Shown here one piece after another: positions 17,351 to 34,204 of a DNA stretch of 64,000 bases (position 1 is the first letter of the stretch; every line of letters starts with the position of its first letter). The stretch comes from the human T2T-CHM13v2.0 reference genome, Homo sapiens. Both the position numbers and the translations under genes were made by a program. The stretch lies in assembly GCF_009914755.1 (NCBI RefSeq), contig NC_060940.1. The stretch is one strand, 5' to 3'. The notes beneath the pieces were generated by a model that saw nothing but the letters and a program-made list of their open reading frames with translations, searched no databases and was not told the origin of the DNA.

Positions 17351-18830
17351 TAGTTGTTGTTGTTGTTGTTGTTTTTGCCTTTATTAACTTGTTAATGATC
17401 AGTAAACCCTTAAAAGCACTAAAAGAGTTCCCATTTTAAAGACATCTGGATGTTGTTCATCAACTTTATATAGTGAGTAATTATCTCAAATTATTTTATA
17501 ATTTCTTTTTTAACTGGGAGGCATAACTGAATGGAGAAGTAGCTCCCCTCATCCTCCTGTTTTCTGCTTAGTTTCTCCCACCTCCTCAGTTGCCTGTAGT
17601 GATGGAGCTTTTACTTGGATCACGGGAATGCCCCTACACAGTGATTCTAAACTCCAACTGTAAGTCAGAATCACACAGGAAGTGTTTAAAATGCTAAATG
17701 AGGCCTGGACTCCACCCTAGACCACTGAAGCCAGAATTGTTGCAGGTGTGGCCTGAGGATGCTCTGATTCTAAGGTGTGGCCAGGTTCGAGGACTGTTGT
17801 CTTAGGCCTTTGTCCAATATGGTTTATGCTGCTCCCCTGCTAGGTGAGTACCACCGCGGATTGGTTACCTGCTTTTATGTGGAAAATAGAATATAGGAAG
17901 CCGATTGGGTGGAAAACATCTCTTCTAGTGTATGTAGGTCCCATAAGGGGGACTTTGAAGTCTGGAGTTAACAGTTTTCTAATAAAAGATTTCAGACCAT
18001 ATCCAGGAACTTAAATACATAATTAAAGAGTGGAATGCAAATTATTAGGATTTTTGCTGGTAAAGCAAGCTATACTTGCATAATTTAAATCTTTGGAGGG
18101 CATGTTTCGACAGATCATTAGGTGAAGGTTAAACTGAGACAGCAAACAGTGGATTCCTTCCTTAGCTAGTATACCACTTTTTGCATTCTTTTATTTTCAA
18201 CAGATAGTAATTTTGCAGCTTTTTACTTCTTCAACCAAACCTTCTAAGTAACTTTGCTTTCCATTAACAACAAAGCCGCTCATTAAGGTGGAAGTTCTGT
18301 GCTTGATCTTAACACCGGAAGGAGAGGAGTCTATTTACCAGCTAATGTAAGTACTTCTTATTAGACAGTCCTAGATTTTCTAGGAGATTTGAAGAGTCTG
18401 CTGACAGTGGCCAGCAAATCAGAGGAAAATCATTTCTGTAGCTAGGTTCTTTTTTCATGGATGTCCTTTAAGAGGAAGCTCTGCCGTGGCGATGTGCGTT
18501 CCTTCCTGGCGGGTGGCCTCCAGTAGCTGGCCTTCTGTTGGTCCGGTTCCAGCGTATTTTATTAAGTGAAAAATCCTGTAGAACAGATGGCACTTACAAG
18601 TTTCTGCCCATGTAGCACTCTGTTTAATGAAATACTATAGTTTTGCTTCATTGTTTTTGGCAGTAATTGTCTTTGTGTGGAGTTTGAGTACATGGTCCGA
18701 GAAGCTCGGCAGTAATAAAGGTTGAGCCAGGCAAGAATAATCTGAAGTGACTGAGTAATGATGGGACAGAGGCTTCAGAGTGGTGCACAGTTAAATTGAA
18801 AACAGATGCAGAATAAAAAGATGATGCCCA

Positions 18831-19447
<617 letters not shown>

Positions 19448-19699
19448 TGATGCAGAATTTTTAAGATGATGTTGTGTAGCACTGGGAGGTCTTTGGACCA
19501 AGGAATGTGAAACTAAAAATCCCAGAGTGTGGATGCCTACAAATAGGGTGTACTGAAGAATTCTTCTTCCGTAGATGAGAGATTAACAAATAGAGCGTAC
19601 TGAGGAATTATTCTTCTGTAAATGAAAGATTACAACTGTGGCCATTGGTCTTCAAGAGCTTTGATTATGGTACTGCTTCATCTGCTTTACATAGATTGT

Positions 19700-21130
<1,431 letters not shown>

Positions 21131-23269
21131 TACATCAATTTAAATGATAATTTTTTGTCCCTAGGAACATGAGTTCCTGTCATTGACAGCAAAGTGAAAC
21201 TGAGTACAAATAGGTGGTTCTTAGTGAAATGTGCCCAGAAAGACAGTTTGAGCAGAAAGGAGGGACCAAGAAATACAGGATGCATGCCTGCTTCACACTG
21301 GAAACCGGTGGTCTTATTTGAGGGTCAAAGATGGGGGGTGGGGAATAAAGTCGATTTTAAAAGGATTGACCGGCTCCGATACCTTCTGATCACATCCAGG
21401 GTTTTTTTTTTTTTGGCCTTTTTTCCCCCTTATACACTTAAGATTTTGAAAAGTGGTTTCTCTTTAGCTTGGGAAATGGATCACATGGTAATTGTTAATG
21501 ATTTTTCTTTAGGTCAAAATAGGTGTTCCTTTAAAGTGTTCTGTGAAGCTTAATTCACTTACGTTGAATAAGTCTTATATTTTAAAATATAAGTTTAAGT
21601 GTTATACTTTAAAAATAAGTGTTATTTCTTGATTGTATTTATTTGAAGATTATATTTGAGAATGAAAGATGTACTCCTAGCTGGAACATCTCTGGTGATA
21701 ATAAAAACATGAGAATAAAAACCATTCAGAGTGATCAAGTTAAGACTGTCAGCCCACTGACGCCTGGGAAGTCACAATGATTGCTATGTAGTTTGGAGAA
21801 ATTATTCCTTATCCTTAGATAAGCTTTTTATTTGTGTGGGTTTTTTCATCTTCCTCTTCCTGAATTCATTTGTTCAACAAAGCTATTTTGAGCACCTACT
21901 CTATGCCAAGTCTACTGCATTAACTTCTGGCTAAACAAAGATGGATCTAACTCGATTCTTGTACTTTAAAGAAATCAGCTTTATGGAGGTATAACGTATG
22001 TGCGGTGAATTTCACCCATTTAAAGTGTATATTTCCATGAATTTTAACAGATGTATTCATTTGTGTAATCACCTCCACAATCAAGACACCAGTTCTGTCA
22101 TTCCCCAGAATGACATTGAGCCCCCTTGCAGCCTCTTCTTTTGTTCGTCCTTGGCCCCAGCAAAGATAGAACTGCTTCTGTTACAGTTTCTTTTTTATTG
22201 GTTTCATCTTCCATTTCTTTTTTTCTTAAGGTCAGCACCAAGGTGATTGTAATGAATATGAAAGTTGGTGGAATCTTGAACTTCTACTAGGGCTATCCCA
22301 GATAAAGTTGACTGAATTTACTCCCTAATTTATCTGCTGTGTTTCATACAATAGCAATTTTACACAGGAAGTTATTCAATAATGAGGGCTATCTATATTA
22401 CCTTGCTATTTAGTACTAGTTAAGAGCAAAGCGAGTTAAAATTTAATGGCCATTTTGTAATACAGTTCTAATATAGACACAGGACTGGAAAGTTGGTAAA
22501 AGTGGGTTTCTGTTAAGTGAATCATGTTTTCTAATTTGGAGATTCAATCTGAATTCAATCTAAAATTTCTGAAGGAAATTTTAGCTCGGAATCTCCATGA
22601 AAGCACTTAATATACAGCCAACCTGTTAAAAACCATACTTTGAGAGGTAAAATGATTACTTTTTGATAGCACTTTAATAGTAGAAATAGAATATACAAAC
22701 AGGGAAGTAGACACTCAATTGCAGTACTTTGACATTTGAGTTTCAAGGAGAGAGGCTGCCTGTGAGAGTGACTTTGTGATAGTTTGTCTACTTTGTTCGC
22801 TTCTCAGGACCTCTTTGCCCCAAGAAAGTAAAGCAAAATTTTGCTATAGCCCTATTAGTGAGGGAACAAAACTTCTCTTCCTCCTTCTTCCTTTGTCTGC
22901 TTCTGCCATTTGTAACACTTAGTTCAGCTTGCAGTTGGCTTGCACTGTAATAAAACTGTAAATGTCACCATGCCCTGACCCCTGTGTGTGTTGTGTTCAA
23001 AGTTTTACTCTCGTAGTCTCGCATAGTTGAGTGTGGATTGTTGATGCTCAGTGCATATTGTTAAATTGGCGAACTTCCTGCTGTGCATTCACTAGTTGAT
23101 GATAGTGTCATCTCCAGATGTCCTCAGAACCACCCACACCACCTTCTGAAGTTGAAAGCACACAATGATTGTTCAGTAGATATCAGCTAGCACCCATAAC
23201 TTACTGGGCTTTGATTCATAAAGCCTAGTAAAGAAATTAAAATTTTTATTTTGATATAAGTACTGACCT

Positions 23270-23958
23270 TTTTTAAAACTTTATTGAGATATAATTCACA
23301 TGCTGTGGAGTTTGTGTATTTGAATAAATATGCATTTCAGTGGTTTTTAGTGTATTCACAAAGTTTTGCAGCTAACACCGTAGTCCATTTTAGAACATTT
23401 CATCATCCCCAAAAGAAAGCTCATGTTCATTAGCAGTCACCGCCTCCCGCTCCCCCATTCTCCTCTCCTCCCAGCCCTTGGCAACCATGATCTTTCTGTG
23501 TCTGGTAATTTGCCTATTCTTGGCATTTCATATGAATGGAAGAAACAATTTATGGCTCTTTGTGTGTGGCTTTAACTTAGTATAATGTTTTCAAAGTCAT
23601 CCTGTTGTAGCATGCATTAGTCTGATGACATTTTCTTTTTCTTTTTCTCTTTCTTTTCTTTTTTCTTTTTTGAGACGGAGTTTTGCTCTTGTTACCCGGG
23701 CTGGAGTGCAAATGGCACGATTTCCGCTCACTGCAACCTCTGCCTGCTGGGTTCAAGCAATTCTCCTGCCTCAGCCTCCTGAGTAGCTGAGATTAGAGGC
23801 GCCTGCCACCATGCCCGGCTAATTTTTTTTTGTGTTTTTAGTAGAGACAGGGTTTCACCATGTTGGCAGTCTGTTCTCTGACCCCTGACCTCAGGTGATC
23901 CACCCGCCTCGGCCCCCCAGAGTGCTGGGATTACAGGTGTGAGCCACCGTGCCCGGCC
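23270..23958 (-). mobile_element. L1MB-like 3' end (~23270-23620) followed by an Alu (~23655-23958)
   Basis: ctttattgagatataattcaca...agaacattttcatcatccccaaaaga; Alu TSD tctgaYgacatttt. Confidence 0.8.
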
Positions 23959-24459
23959 TGTCTGACGACATTTTCAAACCCGTGTTTCTTAATCCTTTTT
24001 AGATCCAAGAGATCCTTTTGGAGATGGGAAGAATTTTAGAAGTTGTCTGGTCCAACATACCTTCATTTTGTAGATGAGATTAAGGCTTTAATCACGCCAA
24101 ACAGTCTATTGCTCTTTTCATGTTTCCCCAAATTGAGCTTATTTGGATCAGGAGAAGAGGGAGAATACTTTATACTTCTCAGCTTCTTGTGTATTTGACT
24201 GTGACCTGGTTATACCATTTGCCACTGTGAGGCTTAGCTGTGCATCTGTGAATGGGAGATTGTTCTTAGAGATTGGTCATAGTTGTCCACCTGCCTCGGA
24301 AACTGCAGGTACAAATGCAGCAGCAAAGTATTTACATTCTTACTTCAGGGCTGATCTCCTATTTCTATCAGTCCTTTTGAAGGCAGAGAATGTTAATTTG
24401 GAACAATCTGCATATTTATTCAAATTTCCAGAGAGATGAAACTTTCAGAATGCTGTGCT

Positions 24460-24478
24460 GCAGCGCCCCCTAGTGCCG
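24460..24478 (-). promoter_or_regulatory. Candidate CTCF site in a small CpG-retaining patch
   Basis: gcagcgccccctagtgccg; the reverse complement GCACTAGGGGGCGC has one mismatch to CCASYAGRKGGCRC. Confidence 0.6.
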
Positions 24479-25739
24479 TGCTGTACTGATAGTCCCCAGC
24501 GTCTCCTGAAGCCGAAAGTGGCGTTTCCCGCAGTTCCGGCGGGAGAGCTGTAGCCAGCAGGTTGTGCAAGTGAACATTAGACATCTTTTCTCCTTCTCGC
24601 CTTCCTTGGGCTGAGATGGAGGAATGTGTCTTTATTGCTGAGGGCAAGGTCTTTGTTTTTCCTTTAGCAGGAACACTGGTTTTCCCACTTCGTCTAAACC
24701 TTTGCCCAGAGTTTCTCAACTCAGGCCCCCTGAGGGCCGTAGTGGCCTCCACACACCTCCAGAAGGTAAACTGAGCCAGCTTAGCCAACAGGCTATGCTT
24801 CAGGGAGGAAGGTGTCTTTTGTTCCCATCCCTGCTGTGGTGTGGGCTTGCCCCCCTTTTCTCGAAGTGTTTCTTGTATATTTTTTTCCACATTCTCTTGA
24901 GAAAGGATCAGAAAGTAAAGATGTGAACAGTGAGAGTTTTGAAAGCCCGGGATGGAGGCCGGATGGGATATGAGGGGAAGTGGTGGAGGGGAATAAATAG
25001 CTTCTCTAGTTCACAGTCTTACTTCCCCTAAAAAGGGGAAGAAATGCCTGAAGCCCTTGTACTTTGCTCCCCCGAATCGCAGGCATTTCTGTGCCGTCCC
25101 GCCCCTGGGCATTTCCTATGCAACCACAGGACGCGGGAAAGGAGCGTTTGTTACTGCTTTCTGATACCTCCTTTTGACCCCAGTGTTCTGACTCTGGCAG
25201 AGTTGCTGAAACCTTAGGGGGCTTCCCAGTCTTTCCTGATGGTATTTGGTGTAGCTGTGGGAAGGGCAGAGTTAGCCGCAGCAGTGTCACAGTTTCTGTG
25301 GTGTGGCATGGCTGACAGGGCCTCCAGGTACCTGCTTTTATTTTAATGACAGCCACCAATATGTCCTAAGCTCTGCACTTTCTTTGAAATTACAAGAAAC
25401 GATGAACTTACTCGTGCTTTTTAGTCTCCCGTGTGAACTGAATTGTTCTGTATTTTATCTTGCTCTGTTATGGGCAAAACTAATTCATGTCATCAGTGGC
25501 ATTTCCCTCTTCACTAGGTTGTAAATCCTGTGAAGTCAGACACAGCGTTATTTTCATCTTTATTTTACCCAAACACCTACAATTTTCCCCCCTCATGTGA
25601 CAGCCTTTGAAATAAGTTAATCTTCCAGAGGAGAGAAAACACTAAACAGTCAAACATAAGGAGAGGGTAAAGGTTTTCCTCATAACCTCACAATTTTCAG
25701 TGTTAGCTTTAAAAAAACAAACAAACAAACAAACAAACA

Positions 25740-26290
25740 AAAACTCTTTATTTGCAAATAGTTTGAAACTTGAAAAGTTGCGGAAAGAAAAATAGTACAA
25801 AGAATCCCCAGATGGTCCTTTACCCAGATCCACCTGTTGTTAAGATTAAATCCATTTGCTTAATCATTTGTGTGTGCTGGAATTCTCTGTCTGCAAATAC
25901 ACACTCATACGGATACACATACAGACACACAGACATGGGCTAACAAATGCAAATATACAGACATACAATATTTTTCCAAACCCTTTGAGATTTCAGGGAA
26001 GATTACATACACTGTAGCCACTTAATCCTAAATTCTTGAATGTGTATTTCCTAAGAATAGGCATATTCTCTTAAATAACCACAGTAATACGTTACCACTT
26101 TCACAAATTTACATTGATGCAGTACTTTTTTCTAACCTGTCCATATTCTAATTTTGGGAGTTGACCATATAATGTCCTTTCTAGAATTTTCCCTTCCAGC
26201 ACAGGATCCAGTCTAGGGTCAGGAAATGTATTTAGTTATCATGTCTCTAGCTTTTTGTAGTCTGGAAGTTTCCCACAGCCTTTCAGGATA
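25740..26290 (-). mobile_element. L1MC4/5-like 3' relic
   Basis: ctaagaataggcatattctcttaaataaccacag...caggatccagtc...tatttagttatcatgtctc resembles old L1MC 3' ends. Confidence 0.65.
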
Positions 26291-26591
26291 TTGACTTTTT
26301 TGAACAGCAGTTTCTCCTCCCCTCTTTTGATAACATTCCTCATTTTACCAAACACCTAAAATAACATTTGATTGGAAGTTAGGAAGGCTTTTGGAGAAGG
26401 AGATGGTGAAACCAGAACATTTTAATAGCAGTTGGCTGTCCTGAATTTCTGTGATAAACTTTTTGGTGTCACAAACATGCCTTGCTTCAACATTTAGTCA
26501 GATATCATTTTAGTTAAATAATTGTCACTCACTGGTATTTGCTATAAATATATTGAATAAATTGAATAAATAATTGAAATATATTGAATAA

Positions 26592-27347
<756 letters not shown>

Positions 27348-29202
27348 AAGCAACACTTTGTCTTTTGGAATAGTGTTGATAATAAATGCTTCTTCATTGT
27401 AGTGCTTTGAATGATGCATATGATTTTGTTAAATACAAAAATGATGTCTTAACCTTCACATTTGTATGGATTATTTTATTACATCATTCATAATCCATGT
27501 TTGAATGGTTACCATGCCAGCTTACTTTGCCAAGAAAGAAATATTTATCGTTTTTCAAAATGTGCATTGCAATTCTAAGAAATTCCGTTTTATTCTTAGG
27601 ATTCCCCTAGCTTGTGATATCGATGACTTGTCTTTTACTGACATTTGATAGTTAACTCCCCAAATAGAGGATTCCTTTATATGTGGTTATTGGGTTGTAT
27701 CAGAATTCCTGCTTGAGTATAAGTTATATTTGTATTGACACATAGGAAAAAGATACATGTAGTTTATCTGCCATGAGCATATGGGGAATACTCATTGTAT
27801 GGGAGATGGAAATTCTAATCAAGTTCCCCGGGAGGCTGAGCGCCTTGCAGAGATGCTCTTAAACCCTTGGCACTGACTTCTTAGCCCGTTCCTTTATTTC
27901 AGTTATAAAATCGAAAGGACCGGTTTTAAATATTGCTGAAGTGTAACTGCTCACTTTTAAAAGCTCATGCATTTAAGGATTAAAATGTGATTCACGTGTA
28001 TTTTGATGGAGTTGTTTTTTGAGCTATGTGAGCCAGTGTTAAGGAAATTAAGTTGGAGTTCAAAACAGCCGTGGCTAGTGATTTGTCAAGTGTTAAATGA
28101 TAGTTCAGTGTTGCATAGCTGGTAATCAGCAGTTACTTATGGTGTATTTTTTTGCGTGACATGTTTTCATCAAGTCCTAAGCTGTTGTCAATGAGCTCTT
28201 GAAACTAACATGCTTATGAAATTATGTCTGTGCAAAATGGGTGTATTTGAAGAGTTGTAAGGTGATTTCTGTTGTGTTTACTTTTTATGATTAATGTTTT
28301 GAATAAAGTATGTAGTCCCCTCCCAAGAAAACCCTCCAAAAAACGTGCTAGGAAATCCCCTCCACTCCTGTCTGCGTCCACTCAGCGTCCACTCAGTGCT
28401 ACTGTCCCAAAGGTGAAGGGCCACATTTTTTCTTGTTGATCTTTCCAGTGTCTCTTTATGCAGACACAAATATCTATATTATTAACAAACACAAATATGT
28501 TATTATATAGCAACACAGATACTCTATTTTCCTACCTTTTTTACACCGAGAGTGCTTTCTTCTTTTAATAGTATTTTGAAGATCTCTCGCTGTCTGTACC
28601 TAAAGTTCTTCCTCATTTTCCCCTAGTTAATTCTGTAATTTGATTGAAGGTACATATCTGTGGAGAAATTATTGACATGAAGTTATAATAAAAACACGCT
28701 TAAAATCTATAACATTTTCTCAGATACTTTAAAAATAATTAAGTAAAACTAATAAATTTGAAAATAATAGGAGAAAAAAAACTCAGTGAACCGTTTCTGA
28801 GCGTTCCAGCTCATGACTTGAGGGTGTTTGCCGCTGACTCATGCTGAAGCCACTTGGTGTCTGCGTTTGAAACAGGAAGTGTGTATTAGTGGCTTGGAAT
28901 CTTGTTTTCTCCTCCTCTCCTCCTCTGCTGCCAAGATTTTTATCAAATCATTTGGATTTGTAGTGTTCTTACTGGATTGACCAGCTCTAAAAACTTTAGG
29001 CTGTATATGAACTGAAATAAGAAAGTGTGCTTAGAAGTATGATTTAAATAAACATTTTTATTTTCCATTGTCTAGGAAGAAAACCTTCCTAAAGAAAATA
29101 CCTGATAATCCTGCAGAACATTCTGATTTCTTATCCTTAGGTATCTTCCCCACATTCTGAAGTAAAAGGCCTTTCTTGTTAGTCATAAGATAAAATGGAT
29201 AA

Positions 29203-29527
<325 letters not shown>

Positions 29528-29532
29528 TCTAC

Positions 29533-29600
29533 TTTTTTTTTTTTTTTAACTGCTCGTTGCAGAGCAGGGCTACGCCATAGGCAATGTGCACAGAGTAGCC
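29533..29600 (-). mobile_element. 53-nt polyadenylated mini-retrocopy, probably derived from an ERV1 LTR R-region (MER83/MER84-like)
   Basis: Minus strand reads GGCTACTCTGTGCACATTGCCTATGGCGTAGCCCTGCTCTGCAACGAGCAGTT-A15. Degenerate TSD gcatttctac (29216-29225) / acgtttctac (29601-29610). Family assignment is from recall. Confidence 0.65.
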
Positions 29601-30636
29601 ACGTTTCTACTATTGATATTAAACAAAACAGCATGATTTTAGTTTATTTATTCTTAATATTTGCATTAAACTTCACAGCTGCCGTGTGTTTCTTGTATTT
29701 TACTTCTTTATCATTCTTGTATTTCTCGAATTCATTTTCTGGAATTCTTAAGCAGTTTCCTTTCCTCCCCCCAAGAAAAAGGTGTATGTGACAGAAAGTG
29801 TTCTTTCTCTTTTGCACTTGAAAAGTAGTTTATAGAATTCTATGAAAAAATACTCTGGCATTCTAGGAACAAAATCCTTTTTTCTCGAAACTTTCAAAAT
29901 GTTGCCCCATTGCCTTCCATAGCCTTGTTGATTTTGCTATTAAGACGTTCTGTTGAGTTTTTTAATTTAGTGATTTAAAATTAGTAATTAATTTCCGCGA
30001 ACACTTTCATGATCTCTGATAGCTCTTTTTTTTTTGTGATAGTCTGTGCTAATTTTTTCTGCTTCCTTTTAGCCTATAGAATTTTCCCTTCCATTGCTTT
30101 GAGGGTTTCTTAGTGAAATTCATATCATCTTTTCCCAGTGTTGGTGATGAGAAGAAGGTGTAACCTTCTATATTCTTCACTGAAAAGTGACAGTATTTCA
30201 GAAGATCATTTCTGAACCATTTTGAGGCTCTGTTTATTTTCACTGTTACTGTCAATACATAATTTCTTTGTTGACTTTTGCAAGTATATGTAAATATTAT
30301 ATGAAAACTTTTTTGTTCTTAATGTATATTTATAGTTTTGGTAGATGTTGTCAAAGAGCTCTCCAGAAACGTTTTCCCTGTGCATTCTTACCAGGAGGGT
30401 ATTACATTTAGTGGCCATTTATTCACATTTACAATAATAATGAGTATTATTCATTTATGTAATATTTAGTTACTGGTTATTTTTGAATCACTTGGCTTGT
30501 AAATTTCCCTGGAAGCTACTAGACTGTTTAGTTCCATTAGAACAGAGGAACCACACTCTGCTTACCATTTTTATACCCAGTACTGATCATACGTGGGCAT
30601 TTGTAGGTTCTAAATAATTATTGATTAAATGAATGA

Positions 30637-30995
<359 letters not shown>

Positions 30996-31683
30996 CTCAA
31001 TGACTTGTTTCTTGAAGCTCCATGGAGAATATGAACTGGTAGGCACTTGCCAGACTCACATCCGTGCAGTTTAACCACTTCGTTTTCCAGAAAATCACAT
31101 TCTGAATTCCGTGAAATCAGGCTTGCAACAAGGGCTGTGTCTGTCTGATAATATGTGTATCTGTGTATCCTATGGAAATGCATTTTTAAACTAAGAAGTT
31201 ATATAGATATTTTTAAAGATCATTAATCAGGATCATTAACATTTTCCTTTTTTGGATTTCCTTGTCTTCCCATTTGAACCACGTTTTCTGCTTTTCTTTA
31301 GTATGTTTGGCAGAGAAAGCGGAAATGGAGGTAGTGGCATGAGTCAGCAGAAAGGTAAATGGAACAACTGGCAGTATTTGTGAACCAATAAAAATCTCCT
31401 GCAAGCAGGACTCGACAAGTTTGGCATACAAAATTGATTTGTTTCAAAATAAGCTTTATCAGTTTCATAGTGTTCTTTGACAATTTGTAGGAAAGGTTCA
31501 GTAGTATTTCTTTTATATAAACAACCTAGAACTCTGAGTTGCAGATCCTCTGTTTAATTGAGAAAGGATCTTGGGGGTTATGGCCCAAATGTTGCATAGG
31601 ATTGTTAAAATATGTAGCATTTTTTCTGAAAGTATATAATTTGTATATTTTATGTGATCAGTGACTCTCTTATTTTTTTTCAG

Positions 31684-31752
31684 TATATTTTTGGAGATTT
31701 TAGCCCTGATGAATTCAATCAATTCTTTGTGACTCCTCGATCTTCAGTTGAG
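31684..31752 (+). CDS. USP10: USP10 exon 2 (aa 8-30, [23 protein letters not shown]; FGDF G3BP-binding motif)
   Basis: tttttttttcag|TAT...GAG|gtaaga; 69 nt, phase 0-0; translation matches USP10. Confidence 0.97.
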
Positions 31753-31829
31753 GTAAGACAAAACTTTGTTTTAGTGAGTCCGTGGGTAGATACAATTAAT
31801 AGTTATGTTTCTATTTTAATTTGTTTTTT

Positions 31830-33070
31830 TAAATAAAGAATTCCAATGTAGAGAAAAGTATGGAGACTAATATGAGAAATGCCTCAACCCACCAACTAGA
31901 TTTGACTGACATTTGATTTGACATTTTGCTGTATTTACTTTATTAGGCTTTGAAAAGCAAATAAAACATTACAGATGCAACTGAAGCCTCCTTTGGACCT
32001 CTCTCCCATCTCTCCCCAGAAGTAACTACTCTGCTGAAATTGGGAAATATTGGTCCTGACTGGTTTTCACCTTTTATCATATACGTGTATATCACCATAG
32101 TCAATCGTAGTGTTTTATGTGCTTTAAAGTGTCACGTAAATGGTATACTATATTCAGTTTGTCGTTTATTTTAAGCTAACGTTGTATTCTTTATGCTAAG
32201 AAATTTGTCCTTGTTCTTTGATTTCCAGTGCTCAGTACCACTGATTGAACACACTGCAATTTACTTACATATTTTCCTGTCGAGGGCCATTTAGGTCTCT
32301 AGTTCAGCCGTTAAAAATATTGCACTCAATGTATTTTATCATGTCTCCTGGTGCCCCTCTGTGGGCTCCTCCGGGACACAGACCTGGGAATGGAATTACT
32401 GGGTTCTGTGGACCGAGCCTCTTTAGTTTCACTAGAGACTGCTCGTTTGCTATCTAGGATTTTAACAGTCTTCATTCCCATCAGCAGTGCATGGGAGTTT
32501 TCTTGCTCGTATTAAAAAAAAAATCTTGCTAACTCTTGGTGTTGGCATATTTAAAATTTTGTGAATCTGATGTGTGTAGTAAATGGACTCTCATTGTTTT
32601 AATTTACATCTCCCAGATTACAAACAGCTGGGTACTATTTCATTCTCTTCACGTCTGCTGGCAATACGGATGTCCTCTGCTGTGAATTACTTGGTTTATA
32701 TCCCTTGTCCATATTTTTAAATCAAGTAGCTTGTCTTTTTCTTACTGATTTTAGGATTAATCTTTGGTTTTACAGGCATCTGTTCCTAGCATGAGGGCTT
32801 TAAGCTTCACATGTTAGGTGAACCCTTTTTGGGGTTGGGTTTTTTTGTTGTTGTTGTTGGATAAGAGGAGTACACTTTCAACTTTAATGTCAACTGAATT
32901 GATTTTTTTTTCCTTATAGTTTGTGGATTTTTAGTTTTAAAAATATCTTTAGGAAATTCTTCCCATCCTTTAGATAACGAAGATATTTGTCTGTTTTCTT
33001 CTAAAAGTTTTCAGATTTTGTTTTCACGCTTCAGTGTGTAATAAGCTGAAATTGAGGCACTGAATTTTGT
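31830..33070 (-). mobile_element. Degraded L1ME-like antisense relic
   Basis: L1-like phrases (cattcccatcagcagtgcatgggagtt, ctctcattgttttaatttacatctccc, ttttcttctaaaagtttt). Confidence 0.55.
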
Positions 33071-33444
33071 ATATGTGTGAGGTGGCATCGAACTCCCTGC
33101 CCCTGTGGCCCTGGCAGGTGCCTCCTCACCATTCATTGGGAACTCGGCCCTTAGCTGTCCTGTCAGCCCCGTTGGGCAGTGCATCTCCCCTGGTTCCGAG
33201 TGTGCTATTCTGTGGGCCTATTGCTTATCTCTGTATAAACACCACACGTTTTATTTTATTTTTTTATTTCTATTTTTTCTTTTCTTTTCTTTTTTTCGAG
33301 ACAGGGTCTCACTCTGCCCAGGCTGGAGTGCAGAGTGCAATCACAATTCACTGCAACTTTGACCTCCCGCCCCGCCTCAGGGGGGTTCTCATGCTTCAGC
33401 CCCTGAATAGCTGGGATTACAGGTGTGTGCTGCCAGGCCCGGGT

Positions 33445-33489
<45 letters not shown>

Positions 33490-33492
33490 TGT
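33445..33492. repeat. (TG)n microsatellite after a partial minus-strand Alu (~33280-33440)
   Basis: Direct reading. Confidence 0.95.
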
Positions 33493-34204
33493 TTTTAAGT
33501 AAGGGGATTTTGTATTTTTTCCCACATCACACTGATGTAACCATACGTTTTAGTTGCTACAGGTTTTCTCAAGTGTGTACACATGTGGATGGGTGGGTAC
33601 CTGTTTGCAAGTGAGTAGACAAAAACTTGAGTTTTCATGTGATAGGAAAGTGAAAAGTGCACCGTATTTCAAGTCTGAAGGCCTGGGGTCGCTTCAGTTC
33701 TGCCACTTCCACAGGCTCGGAGGGTTTGGGCACGTTCTTTCCTTTTGGGCCTCCCATTTCTTTTCTCTTTCTTTTGTTTTTTAAATTGAAAAAATGCAGA
33801 ATGCTTATTCACGTCACAGAAATGTTGGGAAATCAGCTAATGTATGGTCCGATAACTAGTGAGTAACAGATGTTAGTAGAAATGGATGAAAAGGGTACAG
33901 ATGGTAAGTTATGCCAAACCTTTTATTCACAGAAGACGTGACTGTGTCTCATGAAAATGAGCTCAAGCTTCAGAACTCGTAGCGTGTGTGGGCTTATTTG
34001 GGCTTTTCTGTTTTTCTTATTTTTTAACATACGGTGAAGTTTGGAGGGGTATAAAAAGAGTTTATCAAAATCACAGTAACCTGCAAAAGGGAAATGCAGG
34101 CTAATTAACATAATCGGATGGAGTTGTTTTCCCCAATCTTCAGGAATCTGAATTATAATAGCACATGATTACACAGGAACTCACTTTCATGGGGCGGCAT
34201 GTGG

